Positions 9,729 through 18,959 of a stretch of 64,000 nucleotides of DNA are shown piece after piece. Positions within the stretch are counted from its first letter, which is position 1; every line of letters begins with the position of its first letter. The stretch covers positions 108,879-172,878 of the IMG/VR virus record IMGVR_UViG_3300005613_000006; one strand, given 5' to 3'. A program made the position numbers and the translations under genes. This DNA is from a virus. Under the pieces are notes generated by a model. It ran no database searches and was not told the DNA's origin. It saw nothing but the letters and a program-made list of their open reading frames with translations.

Positions 9729-10178
9729 ATGAAATGCCTAAATTGCCTCAAGGAAACACCAAATCCCAAGTTTTGTTCTCGTAGTTGCGCCGCTACCTAC
9801 AACAATCGTAAACACCCAAAGCGCAAACCCGAGCATAAATGTACTATTTGTGGCGAACGCATAACCGCTGGTCGCTCACGATGCTCCCAACATCGTATTG
9901 GTCGTGACATGACCCTAGCGGAAGCAATCTACACCCAACATCATCGCAGCAGTGCCTTTGCGTTGGTACGTTCCAGAGCTAGAAAAGTTGCCCTGCAACT
10001 CGGTCGTACTACCTGTCAACACTGCGGTTACAATTTACATGTTGAAGTTTGTCATCGTAAACCTATTGCAGACTTTCCAGAGGACACATTATTGAGTGTT
10101 GTCAATCATCCTGACAATCTAATAGTTCTGTGTCCAAATCACCATTGGGAGTTTGACAACGGTTTATTACAACTGTAG
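9729..10178 (+). CDS. HNH homing endonuclease
   Basis: FCSRSC, C..CG...VEVCH.KP...N...NL..LCPNHH..FD; promoter motif at 9680; stop abuts the 3' end of tRNA-Arg. Confidence 0.9.
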   Translation: MKCLNCLKETPNPKFCSRSCAATYNNRKHPKRKPEHKCTICGERITAGRSRCSQHRIGRDMTLAEAIYTQHHRSSAFALVRSRARKVALQLGRTTCQHCGYNLHVEVCHRKPIADFPEDTLLSVVNHPDNLIVLCPNHHWEFDNGLLQL

Positions 10179-10249
10179 TAGCCCTTGGGGGAATCGAACC
10201 CAACCCATCCAGGTTTCGTAGACCCGGTGCTAAATCCATTAGAAAGGCT
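10179..10249 (-). tRNA. tRNA-Arg(ACG)
   Basis: anticodon loop CTACGAA. Confidence 0.8.
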
Positions 10250-10278
10250 ATAGTAAATCAGAATGTTTTCGTAGAAAA

Positions 10279-10390
10279 TGGCGACTAGGTTCGGAAAGAC
10301 GGCGTATGTTGCACCAGCATTCTAGGCGGGGAATTGAACCCCGAACAATTCTTTTATAGAGAACATGTAGTCTTATCCAGGCATTCGCCA
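10279..10390 (-). ncRNA. Y RNA (YrlA-like) copy 1
   Basis: 5' TGGCGAATG...GACTACATG, internal T-arm CGGGGTTCAATTCCCCG, 3' CTAGTCGCCA closing the terminal stem. Confidence 0.75.
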
Positions 10391-10391
10391 G

Positions 10392-10464
10392 TGGTACATC
10401 GAGGAGTCGAACCTACGCACAACTGCCTTATCAGGGCGGTTCGCACAACCGGCGCGCATGTACC
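10392..10464 (-). tRNA. tRNA-Ile(GAT), degenerate D-arm
   Basis: anticodon loop CTGATAA, GGTTCGACTCC. Confidence 0.7.
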
Positions 10465-10465
10465 A

Positions 10466-11134
10466 TAGTACGCACAACAGGTTGCACGTACTGTATAATA
10501 AATAGTGCCTATCACAAGTTCTCGGCAAAATCCGCGAGTGACTGGAGGTTTAGTATAGCGACAGTATTTCATGTACTCCATCTGTGAACACGGTAGTGAA
10601 CCGCTTCACCCGCTTTGTCCCTGTTGTTGGGCGCTACCCCTCGCAACAGCACGACACTAGAGTGACACCTGTTCTGGGGTTCTCTCAGTGTAGTTGCAAG
10701 CTACCCTTGAGTCACTCCACACAATCCTGCCACCCTCGGGCGGTAGCCGGTCTGTGTCCCTTTCGGGTTGGCGGTCTCGCCTTTCGGCTTGACCCGTAGA
10801 CACTTCCAGTTGTCACACCCGCATTTTAGGGGTTACCCCCATTTCCCGAGACTTGTTTATCTATTGCATAAATAGTCTGTAATCCGGTACTTCTGATAAA
10901 TACGGAAAATCCACTATTCCTTCCAGTAGTATTCCATGAAAGGCCATGACTCTTACGTTCCGGCTACTCGGGCATTTCGTGGCACCCATACCACTTATCA
11001 CCCACGCTACACGTTCCGTTGCCTGGGGTGTAACCCAGCCGTCAGAAACACGCTCTCGCATATTGGTCGGCAAGCCGACCGCCGTTCGCCCCGGTTAGGC
11101 AGAACAGTTTGAAAACCCTGCGACAAAGGGTTTA
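10466..11134 (-). ncRNA. large structured ncRNA candidate (~670 nt)
   Basis: no credible ORF between two tRNAs; many hairpins (GCCGAAAGGC, CCCGAAAGGG, GGGGTAACCCC) and long-range stems (GAGTGAC/GTCACTC). Confidence 0.6.
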
Positions 11135-11135
11135 G

Positions 11136-11206
11136 AGACAGCAGGGGGAATCGAACCCTCAAGTTACGGTGTTGCAGACCGCACGCCCGCCATGAGCATC
11201 ACTGTC
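11136..11206 (-). tRNA. tRNA-Cys(GCA)
   Basis: anticodon loop CTGCAAC. Confidence 0.85.
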
Positions 11207-11235
11207 TTATTCTTTCAGGCAGCTTTGCTGCCCAG

Positions 11236-11306
11236 TACGGGTACTCGGAATTGCACCGAGACCAACAGCTTGGAAGGCTGTCGTGCTGCTATTACACCAC
11301 ACCCGC
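11236..11306 (-). tRNA. tRNA-Gly(TCC)
   Basis: anticodon loop CTTCCAA. Confidence 0.9.
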
Positions 11307-11411
11307 ATATTGCCTACTTTCCAAGACCTAACACTGGATAAGGGTATTTCACCTTACCCAGGGTTTGCCCGAACATGCGTCGCTTATGTACCTTAGCGTA
11401 GAAAGTAAGAG

Positions 11412-11483
11412 TGGCTCCCTTCGGACTTGAACCGAAACCTAACGCCTTAAGAGGGCGCAATGCTACATTGACACCAGAGAGCC
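11412..11483 (-). tRNA. tRNA-Lys(CTT)
   Basis: anticodon loop CTCTTAA. Confidence 0.9.
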
Positions 11484-11930
11484 TTTGATTTTACATAAAT
11501 GTTTTTTGTATACCTTTACCAATCCAGCGTGGACTTTACGATGACAGTTAGCACAAATAACTGCGCACTTTCTGATTTCATCAAACACCTTGGGGCTTTT
11601 GTTGCGTGTCATTCGAGACACGCTTTGTTCCTTTTTGGTACTGTCTAGGTGATGAAAGTCTAAACATACAGGCTCGTTCTCACCACATAAACAACAAGTA
11701 TTATCTTGTTTGATGTCGTTGATTCGCTGCACAAACTTTTGCCGTTGTTTAGCAGCCCGAAGCGATGCTCTCTTGTCTTGTTTTTCCAAACGCTGATAAG
11801 AAGCGATAGCACCTTGCTTGGCACAAATTTTACAGTACGAATGTCGGCCATCTTTGGTCGAGGCATTTTTATAGAATTCCGTTAAGGGCTTGGTTGCCCC
11901 ACATTTGCGGCATTGTTTTGATGTTGTCAT
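11463..11930 (-). CDS. HNH homing endonuclease
   Basis: C..CGE..P.CLDFHH...KC.V.CANCH; stop lies inside the 5' end of tRNA-Lys; promoter motif at 11954. Confidence 0.9.
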   Translation of the reverse strand: MTTSKQCRKCGATKPLTEFYKNASTKDGRHSYCKICAKQGAIASYQRLEKQDKRASLRAAKQRQKFVQRINDIKQDNTCCLCGENEPVCLDFHHLDSTKKEQSVSRMTRNKSPKVFDEIRKCAVICANCHRKVHAGLVKVYKKHLCKIKGSLVSM

Positions 11931-11995
11931 AGTAGAATCTTCTTTCTACTATAATTATACACCAAAAATGTTAAAAGCCTCAACAAAATTCTAAG

Positions 11996-12068
11996 TGGAC
12001 CCACTCGGAGTCGAACCGAGATACCTTGATTAAAAGTCAAGAATGTTAACCATTGACATTATAGGTCC
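11996..12068 (-). tRNA. tRNA-Lys(TTT)
   Basis: anticodon loop CTTTTAA. Confidence 0.9.
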
Positions 12069-12069
12069 G

Positions 12070-12142
12070 AGGCGGGTACAGGAGTCGAGCCTGTGGCTCA
12101 GGGTTATGAACCCTGCATGTTTACTACCTACACTAACCCGCT
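12070..12142 (-). tRNA. tRNA-Met(CAT), initiator-like
   Basis: loop TTCATAA closed by three G-C pairs (GGG/CCC). Confidence 0.8.
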
Positions 12143-12147
12143 TCAAG

Positions 12148-12220
12148 TAGGTCGTCAGGGAGTCGAACCCCGCCCTTGAAACCTTATAAGAGTTTCTGGC
12201 ACCACCGATGCCCACGACCC
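12148..12220 (-). tRNA. tRNA-Ile(TAT)
   Basis: anticodon loop CTTATAA. Confidence 0.8.
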
Positions 12221-12482
12221 ATACGCACACGCTAAACTCTACGTCCCAATGGATTACGAACGCAAAACCGTGTGCGTCGATGGCATTCGCCATCCAAAGA
12301 GTCCTGACTGGTTCGCCTTCTGTGTTTATCCCTTGCAGCAACCCATAGGTGTCGCTTCAACTGCAAGGCCCAGTATCTCTCACCGTACATCTCAGGGCTG
12401 TTGCCAACCACGTTCGTCAGCTTACACCCAGGCTTTCGAGGCCCCCATCGGAAGACTACGGACTGCCGTTTTCTGGACTCAG

Positions 12483-12550
12483 TGGAGCGACGGGGACTCG
12501 AACCCCGCCTCCGACCGTGCAAAGGTCAGGTCTAGCCCTCTAGCCACCCC
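12483..12550 (-). tRNA. tRNA-Ala(TGC)
   Basis: G3:U70, anticodon loop TTTGCAC, short D-arm. Confidence 0.8.
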
Positions 12551-12571
12551 TTTTTGCTCGTCGTACAAGGT

Positions 12572-12599
12572 ATTATACACCGGGAATTCGGTTTGTCAA
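12572..12599 (-). promoter_or_regulatory. sigma70-consensus promoter for the tRNA cluster
   Basis: TTGACA-16 nt-TATAAT, including GGTGTATAAT. Confidence 0.8.
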
Positions 12600-13225
12600 C
12601 CAACTTTTTGAAGATTTTCATGGACAAACCAAGCATCCCAGCCAACTTCCCTCATCCAGGTGTATCCCTTATCCCTCAGAAAAGTGGTAATATCCTCCAA
12701 ATACTTGCGGTCTCGCCCCTCATGGCAGTTGTGTTCCACGGTGATAATTCCAAACACCCAGGTCCAGTCGTAGGATTTCAGAATGTCTAGCTCCGAGCCC
12801 TCTGTGTCGATGGACAGGTAGTTAACGTAGGAAGGAGCGCCGTGTTCGGCCAGGAGGTCATGTAACGTGACGCACGGAATCTCCACTTCCCTCCCAAACT
12901 GCTGTCTTTCTTTCTGATACGGCTGGTCGAGGTCAACAAACTCTGAAATGGTGGAGCAAACACCACCAGAAAAATCAACCTCGGTGAACTTCACGGTTCC
13001 GTTGTGGGTCCACACAGCCCGCTTGTCCCTCTTGCATGTACGCCCGAACTTGTCGTATTGTTCGTCGTTTATCAACGGGTCCACGCAAATTCCTTGCCAC
13101 CCCGCCTCGTCTAACAAAAACGAGTTGCTGAAATGCTCCGCATGGCTTGCGCCGACCTCCACATAGAAGCCCTCGTTCCCTACTTTCTCCAACACGAACT
13201 TGTCCTGTCCTAACTGACTAGGCAT
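12596..13225 (-). CDS. FkbM-family methyltransferase
   Basis: SQLGQD, YVEVGA, W.GICVDP, YLSIDTEGSE. Confidence 0.9.
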   Translation of the reverse strand: MPSQLGQDKFVLEKVGNEGFYVEVGASHAEHFSNSFLLDEAGWQGICVDPLINDEQYDKFGRTCKRDKRAVWTHNGTVKFTEVDFSGGVCSTISEFVDLDQPYQKERQQFGREVEIPCVTLHDLLAEHGAPSYVNYLSIDTEGSELDILKSYDWTWVFGIITVEHNCHEGRDRKYLEDITTFLRDKGYTWMREVGWDAWFVHENLQKVG

Positions 13226-13841
13226 AACCCTTCTCCTTTAACCAAGGTCCAAAGGTGTCTTCAATCTGTTCTATCAACTTAGGGCTTAGAACTTCCTTGT
13301 AGTACCCAGGCACTCGCTTGGTGAAGTGTTGATGATGCAGCAAGTTCGTACTGTCATAGGTCGCGCTTGAATACTTGGAATGTTCCATGTCTTGCACAGC
13401 CCTCGCTATTGCCTGCGGTTCACACCACAAGCCCATAACTTCGGCAATACTTTCAATCAACGAAACAGGCTCTCCTATCAGAAGTCGATACTCAAACTCG
13501 AACGTAGACAGGGGCCTGTAGTATTCGTATCCCTCAACAGCGCTGTGTAATGCCCCTATTACATTGCTGGCGTTTACCCACTTCTTGAGCATGAGCGAGG
13601 CCGCAACGTCCCTCAAGTCGCGATAGCAAGTAAAAATGACCGAACCCTCTACCAACTTAGGGGTCTTGTCATGCACCTTGATTACAGCCGCCTCAAAGTT
13701 TGCGCGCCAATCTGCCTGGAAACTGGTGACGTATCCAACATGCACTGGGTCATAATGCTGCTCTGTCAACAGCCTCACGACGTTGTACAACCAAGTGCTG
13801 CCGCTTCGCGACATGCCAGCACATAGATACATTGGTTTCAT
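13218..13841 (-). CDS. sulfotransferase-family protein
   Basis: GMSRSGSTWL (5'-PAPS loop) and YRDLRDVAAS (3'-phosphate motif). Confidence 0.85.
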   Translation of the reverse strand: MKPMYLCAGMSRSGSTWLYNVVRLLTEQHYDPVHVGYVTSFQADWRANFEAAVIKVHDKTPKLVEGSVIFTCYRDLRDVAASLMLKKWVNASNVIGALHSAVEGYEYYRPLSTFEFEYRLLIGEPVSLIESIAEVMGLWCEPQAIARAVQDMEHSKYSSATYDSTNLLHHQHFTKRVPGYYKEVLSPKLIEQIEDTFGPWLKEKGYA

Positions 13842-13844
13842 AAG

Positions 13845-13917
13845 TACCCCGAGCAGGACTCGAACCTGCGGTCTTCGGATTAGGAATCCGCTGCGTTATC
13901 CTCTACGCCACCGGGGC
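13845..13917 (-). tRNA. tRNA-Arg(CCT)
   Basis: anticodon loop TTCCTAA. Confidence 0.9.
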
Positions 13918-14155
13918 GTTGGTTTTTCAGAAGTTCTTTCATCTGTCTGTCTGCTTCCAGAGACATAACAAGGTCTACCGCGCTCTGGTAGATTTCATCT
14001 CCATACGTCTTACGAAGTATGTCATGCAAAATTCCACCGGCCTTGCCGAGAAATTCGGCATGAGTCCACATACTGGTCCCGCCGTTGTTGTCGATAACAT
14101 GCGTCTTAGTTACCGTCAGCGTTCCGTGTTTCGTGTGCCAAATCTGTGGTTTCAT
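13880..14155 (-). CDS. hypothetical protein
   Basis: 91-aa ORF whose 3' end overlaps tRNA-Arg(CCT). Confidence 0.5.
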   Translation of the reverse strand: MKPQIWHTKHGTLTVTKTHVIDNNGGTSMWTHAEFLGKAGGILHDILRKTYGDEIYQSAVDLVMSLEADRQMKELLKNQRPGGVEDNAADS

Positions 14156-14990
14156 TTTGCAACATCCTGAGAATGTGGTTATACGTTGCTTCTAGTGTGA
14201 AGTATTCCGGCCACACTTCTCTCACCCTCTCTTGCTTGCGAGCAATGTCGGCGCTGGTATGACTCCTCAATATGTCAGGCAGCCTGTCAATATCATCTAT
14301 GTGACATTGAACACTGAACTCGCACCAATTCAAAACGTCAGCGTAAGGAAGCCATAACACATCGTAGATGTAAACTGGTATAGCTCCGTAGGCCAGTGCC
14401 TCGCATATACGAAATGAAGTTCTTCCATATCCGCGTGGGCACAGCGCGAAAATACACTTGCCCATTCTGTGCAAGGGGTCATGCTTAGTATCTTTGATGG
14501 AGAAATCTGAGAGCCCCTTCAACGCCTCGTTCATGCGCCCCCGAACACCAGTCCGGTTGTTAGGAGGGTTTTTGATATGTCCAGCAAAGTAAGCAAATAC
14601 ATCTCGGTCTCCTTTAACCGGGACGGTAACGATGTTGTACGTCAGAGGAATCGGTATATCCCCTTTGCCACCAGCTCCAAAAACCAACAAGTTTTCTGGG
14701 GGCTCCTCATACAAACCATCATCGGCTTGTACTATAGTGAACGATGGTTCTGTGACCTGTTCGTTCATAAACTTTTGAAGTTCTCGACTGTACTCCTTGT
14801 TGGACCCAGGCCCAATGCCATACTTGCAGTACACATGTGTCCAAAAGATTGGTAAGTAGTGACGCCGAATGTTGTCGGGCGGATTGTTCAGCCATCGCTC
14901 GTAGAAATAGTCTTCTATCTTTGGACCCACCTTTGGGTATCCTCGACACATACGAGACAATTCACGAAATCTGCCCAATGTATCAATCAT
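14106..14990 (-). CDS. exostosin-family (GT47-like) glycosyltransferase
   Basis: FALCPRGYG..SFRICEAL..GAIPV...LPY...L.W..FSV. Confidence 0.85.
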   Translation of the reverse strand: MIDTLGRFRELSRMCRGYPKVGPKIEDYFYERWLNNPPDNIRRHYLPIFWTHVYCKYGIGPGSNKEYSRELQKFMNEQVTEPSFTIVQADDGLYEEPPENLLVFGAGGKGDIPIPLTYNIVTVPVKGDRDVFAYFAGHIKNPPNNRTGVRGRMNEALKGLSDFSIKDTKHDPLHRMGKCIFALCPRGYGRTSFRICEALAYGAIPVYIYDVLWLPYADVLNWCEFSVQCHIDDIDRLPDILRSHTSADIARKQERVREVWPEYFTLEATYNHILRMLQNETTDLAHETRNADGN

Positions 14991-15312
14991 AGTAATCTCC
15001 TATAGCCGGGATTCTGTGGTAGCTACGCTACCGCTCAACATTTATCTTAGCACCTACCCGAGCATCATCGGCCTGTTCATCGCCTAGCTCTGTTTGGCTT
15101 GCACCCTCGGTAGTGCAGTCGGATGCTGGATGGCGTAACAAGAACATTTCTTTAGCAGCTTCTTCGTCGTACCCCCCTCCGAAACAATCGTCAAAAGAGT
15201 CTTCCAACATGTCAGCAAGTTTACATCTTGATAATGCCATCAGCATCCTCCTACCTTAAACAGTGGTGTCCTGAGCTTCCTGTAGGGCTACGCCCCACCG
15301 TTGAGCCAGAGA

Positions 15313-15621
15313 TTATCTGCGTGGTTGTGCCTGTTGTCTGTACTGCCACTTCCACCATCGCGCTCTCGCATACGGTCTCCAAACTGGTGGCGCGTATGGA
15401 TAGCGTGGTACTACCTGTGGTGGCACCGGCCCAGGCTGGTAGAGCCAGGGTCGAATCCACGGACGGTATGGGTATGGGGCCACGTATGGCTGCGCGTATG
15501 GCTGGCCGTAGTATGGTCCCGGCTGTGGGCCTTGCGGAGCCTGTGGCTCTTGTGCGTCAACAACGCCACATAGCCCAATGCAAAGCAGCACGGCTGCTAC
15601 GATTGCTAGAATGTTTTTCAT
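15313..15621 (-). CDS. secreted Pro/Tyr-rich small protein
   Basis: signal peptide followed by QPY/PYP/RPW repeats. Confidence 0.7.
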   Translation of the reverse strand: MKNILAIVAAVLLCIGLCGVVDAQEPQAPQGPQPGPYYGQPYAQPYVAPYPYRPWIRPWLYQPGPVPPQVVPRYPYAPPVWRPYARARWWKWQYRQQAQPRR

Positions 15622-15833
15622 GGGTTCTTACTCCGTTCAAACTGTGTAATACAATCTTCTATTGTCGGTCCTATAAAGCTACGCACTTCTGCGCATTGAT
15701 ATGTGCCATCTGGTCGCCTAATAGGTTTAGGCAGATTGCGCCAGATGCGCAACATCATATCGTTTCCTTGGGTCGGTGGGTCGTAGAAGATTCCCCACGA
15801 CCATCCTTTTGGTACTTGTATCTTGATACTCAT
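15618..15833 (-). CDS. hypothetical protein
   Basis: 71-aa ORF coupled to the downstream gene. Confidence 0.5.
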   Translation of the reverse strand: MSIKIQVPKGWSWGIFYDPPTQGNDMMLRIWRNLPKPIRRPDGTYQCAEVRSFIGPTIEDCITQFERSKNP

Positions 15834-15835
15834 AG

Positions 15836-15919
<84 letters not shown>

Positions 15920-15921
15920 AT

Positions 15922-16536
15922 TCACTTCGCTCTAACTAGATTGTCAATATCTCCATGTTTCCCAGGCAAAATGTAGATTACACCACGACGCCTACCAATA
16001 GCTTTGTCGTTATAATAGTGTGTGAAATTTTCTCCATAAATACCAACAACACTATCTCTGATATAGTGCCAATCTAAGCGACACTGCTTTTGTGCGCGAG
16101 GACATCTGTGTGCATCAAAGCCAAATCCACGGTATGGATTATGTATATCGTGTATTACTATAACTGAGTTGTCTTCTTTGTGCTTAGCAATCACATCTAG
16201 TTCATCTAACAAGGGCCAATCTGTTCGGTCGTGTGCGTCCAAGTAAAACAAAACAGGACGCTGGGTCTTCTCGTCAGACAAGATTTGCCCCAAAACAAAT
16301 TGAGATGAGCCATGTTCAGCATTGATGTTTTTATGGCCAAGGTCGTTGAAAAACTTTTGGGCCTCACAAAAATATCCCCTGTGCTTTTCAATGGTACACA
16401 CCACAGGAACCATCTTTGCTAAGGCAACTGCGGTATGTCCTTTATCAGTTCCAGTTTCAACAATAGTTTGAATATCGAACTGGCAAACTAGCTTTTCAAT
16501 GCTGTATCCTATGTGTGTGTCATCTTCAAATGCCAT
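15922..16536 (-). CDS. class I SAM-dependent methyltransferase-like protein
   Basis: VETGT..G, TIE, FYLDAH...PL..EL, VIVIHD. Confidence 0.75.
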   Translation of the reverse strand: MAFEDDTHIGYSIEKLVCQFDIQTIVETGTDKGHTAVALAKMVPVVCTIEKHRGYFCEAQKFFNDLGHKNINAEHGSSQFVLGQILSDEKTQRPVLFYLDAHDRTDWPLLDELDVIAKHKEDNSVIVIHDIHNPYRGFGFDAHRCPRAQKQCRLDWHYIRDSVVGIYGENFTHYYNDKAIGRRRGVIYILPGKHGDIDNLVRAK

Positions 16537-16729
16537 TTTGCGGCCCTTCTTTGATTGTATAATTAGAGATTTTTGTACACGAAATAAACTCGCGAACTTG
16601 TTCTAGTGTGAGTTGGTAGTCTTTGTTGTCGAGTCTTATTGATGTATTGACGCAATGAGGACACCTACACTGACATGCTGAACACACCTCAAACTTCATG
16701 TTGGGAATAACGCACATTGCAATCTCCAA
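16526..16729 (-). pseudogene. radical SAM N-terminal remnant
   Basis: CQCRCPHC (CxxxCxxC) but only 67 aa. Confidence 0.5.
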
Positions 16730-16733
16730 TCAG

Positions 16734-16808
16734 TGGGCCATACTGGATTTGAACCAGCGACTTCCGCGATGTCAACGCGACACTCTAACCGGACTGAGTT
16801 AACGGCCC
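16734..16808 (-). tRNA. tRNA-Val(GAC)
   Basis: anticodon loop TTGACAT. Confidence 0.9.
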
Positions 16809-17611
16809 TACTGTACCCCTAATATACTCTTACACCATTCTTTCCCGAAATGTGACCGGCAGAAGGCTCTCAGATTAGCCCCGTCTGGGCTCTGTCGCAG
16901 CCGTCCGAGCGTTTCTTTGGCAAATGAGGGGTTAATTACCTTGGAGCCCTGCGCTTTTAATAGAAGGGCTCTGGCGCGTTCACAGTGCCAGCGTATAAAA
17001 GTGGTCAACTCGGGGTCTTTACCCCCCTCTAGCTGGGTAAGGACCAGAGCATAGTTGGTGAACTGAACCATCTTCTCAAGGTCGTGCCCGTAGCTCCGGT
17101 CGCCTCGTCGTAGCAATCCCTTCTCTTCCAGGTCAAGTATCGCAGCCACTCCGTTGGTGTACGACACCCATTCATCCAACACATACAGAGGCTCGTTGTT
17201 CCAATACTGCGTCTGTTGTCTAAGGTACAGGTTGTATCCATTCCCTCGTAGTGAAGCCGGAACCTTTCCAGCTATCTGATTCAGTGTCATCTGAGGATGC
17301 GTCAACACACAAAGACGACCCTTCAAAACGTAGAGACAGGCTTTGCCTTGGAAATACTGCCTCCATTTACTGTTCAATCCATGTGTTGTTTCGTGTGTCC
17401 AGGTAATCTGGTCGCTGTCGGTATAGATATGCCCGCGCGGCATCCGACTCTCTACGTCCCCAAGGACGGCCCCGAGATTCTCCGAAACTTTCCGGCTCGG
17501 TTCTATATTATACCAGCCCGTTTGCTTTTGTCCAGTGGCTCCTACGAAAATAAAGCCAAGTAGAACTAGGAGCAACAATGCTCCAAGATAGGTTGTACGG
17601 CGTTCTCCCAT
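16808..17611 (-). CDS. secreted hypothetical protein with an HExxH motif
   Basis: signal/TM segment; HETTH and a later DEW, possibly a zincin. Confidence 0.65.
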   Translation of the reverse strand: MGERRTTYLGALLLLVLLGFIFVGATGQKQTGWYNIEPSRKVSENLGAVLGDVESRMPRGHIYTDSDQITWTHETTHGLNSKWRQYFQGKACLYVLKGRLCVLTHPQMTLNQIAGKVPASLRGNGYNLYLRQQTQYWNNEPLYVLDEWVSYTNGVAAILDLEEKGLLRRGDRSYGHDLEKMVQFTNYALVLTQLEGGKDPELTTFIRWHCERARALLLKAQGSKVINPSFAKETLGRLRQSPDGANLRAFCRSHFGKEWCKSILGVQ

Positions 17612-18654
17612 GAAAATGTCTCCGCTATGTCGATGCCCCGCTCATTGGGGGCAAGTTCTCTCTCCTGCTTTTGCCTATGTAGCTCCCTCATGTGAACTAC
17701 CAACTGCTCAATCTCGGCCTCTCCTAGCTCGGCCCAGTTTCCACCACCACCCTTGAAGAATACTCCATCGAACGCTTCTTCTTTGTTGGGGGTATCTATA
17801 CATCGACATACAGAGTCATCAATGAAATCCATGTGTGCTGTGTTGAACGTGGCGATAGCATTCTTGCCACACGCCAGCATTTCCAGCAACTCCAAGTTCC
17901 AACCTTCGGCGCGAGCGGGCCACACGCCCACATCAGCCTCTCGCATCTTCTTCGCTATGTCTACCTGTGTGCGTTGGCGTGGGAATATCTGAACCTTGCC
18001 AGCCCGGCCCATCTTGGACTTCATGTACATGTCTTCCCACTCTGCCGTTTGCTCCTTGGTCAGGAACGGATTGCTGGGAATCATCCACAGTCGCACTCGG
18101 TCCTTGGGTTCAAATGCCCTGTTGAAGGCGTCAATCAGAACGTCGTGTCCCTTCCGAACCTCCCACTTCCCTATATTCAAAAACACCGTGTATGAGTACG
18201 GGTTCAATTCTGCCGGGAAGAAGATGGAGCGGTCCACGCCGAGCCCAGTGGTCACCACCAACGGGCAGTCGTCGCCAAGTTCGTTGCATACCGTATCAAA
18301 CGCCCAGTTAGAACACACGAACAACACATCCTGGTTACGTAGATGATGCTTCTCTTCATCGGTGAACTGGTCTAGCTCAAAGATGGGGAAGACACATCGC
18401 TTGCCAGTCCCACAGTGGTGGGCGAGGTCGTGCTGATGCCAGATTCTCAGGCTGTTGCCCTCGGGATAGAACGGTCGGTCCAAGCAGCGTTGCACCAGGG
18501 CAACGTCCTCTTGTGGGGGGTCAGTCTTGATACCATGAAAGACCGGCAAGTAAGACGGCTTCTTACCAGCCTTCACCAGTTGCTTCAAGACGTTCAGTCC
18601 AACTATGCCGTAGCCTAGCTGGTTAATCGGCGCTGTTAGGTTTATCATCGCCAT
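17566..18654 (-). CDS. GT-B (GT4-like) glycosyltransferase
   Basis: GKWEVRKG.D.LI.AF, EGWNLELLE.LACGK. Confidence 0.9.
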   Translation of the reverse strand: MAMINLTAPINQLGYGIVGLNVLKQLVKAGKKPSYLPVFHGIKTDPPQEDVALVQRCLDRPFYPEGNSLRIWHQHDLAHHCGTGKRCVFPIFELDQFTDEEKHHLRNQDVLFVCSNWAFDTVCNELGDDCPLVVTTGLGVDRSIFFPAELNPYSYTVFLNIGKWEVRKGHDVLIDAFNRAFEPKDRVRLWMIPSNPFLTKEQTAEWEDMYMKSKMGRAGKVQIFPRQRTQVDIAKKMREADVGVWPARAEGWNLELLEMLACGKNAIATFNTAHMDFIDDSVCRCIDTPNKEEAFDGVFFKGGGGNWAELGEAEIEQLVVHMRELHRQKQERELAPNERGIDIAETFSWENAVQPILEHCCS

Positions 18655-18958
18655 CCTGCCTTGCCTCCTCTATCCTTTTGCGTGTAAAATCCAACGCCAT
18701 TCGTTCTGCCAGCGACAAGCCGACAACCTCGGCCAGAATCGTGAGTTCTTCTAGCGTACTCTCTGAGTCTAATCCAAAGTCATGCATATCACCCTTGGTT
18801 ATTGCTTCCTCGCCCTCACCGGCCTTGGCAGCAAACTTCTTCGGACCCTCAATGACGATACCTTGTTTGATGGCCTTCTTCTTCGCGCCTGGGCCAGTGT
18901 AACACTTGCCTTCTTTGCCCCAGCGCCAGCCACCCTCTCCGCATCTCTGTAATGGCAT
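18623..18958 (-). CDS. hypothetical phage protein
   Basis: GWRWGKEGKCYTGPGAKKKA.KQG motif. Confidence 0.7.
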   Translation of the reverse strand: MPLQRCGEGGWRWGKEGKCYTGPGAKKKAIKQGIVIEGPKKFAAKAGEGEEAITKGDMHDFGLDSESTLEELTILAEVVGLSLAERMALDFTRKRIEEARQDGDDKPNSAD

Positions 18959-18959
18959 G

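Noticed and set aside
11330-11380. c-di-GMP riboswitch suggested by GGGCAAACC
   Set aside because: The rest of the GEMM consensus is missing and there is no downstream CDS.
12279-12294. Sixth Y RNA at GGCGAATG
   Set aside because: It is a local hairpin (GATGGC/GCCATC) without the TACATG motif or a distal TTGTC strand.
12299-12480. 6S RNA
   Set aside because: The size and CTGAGATGT are suggestive, but I could not form the long rod with a central bubble.
16526-16729. Functional radical SAM enzyme
   Set aside because: Only the CxxxCxxC-bearing N-terminus is present; treated as a remnant.
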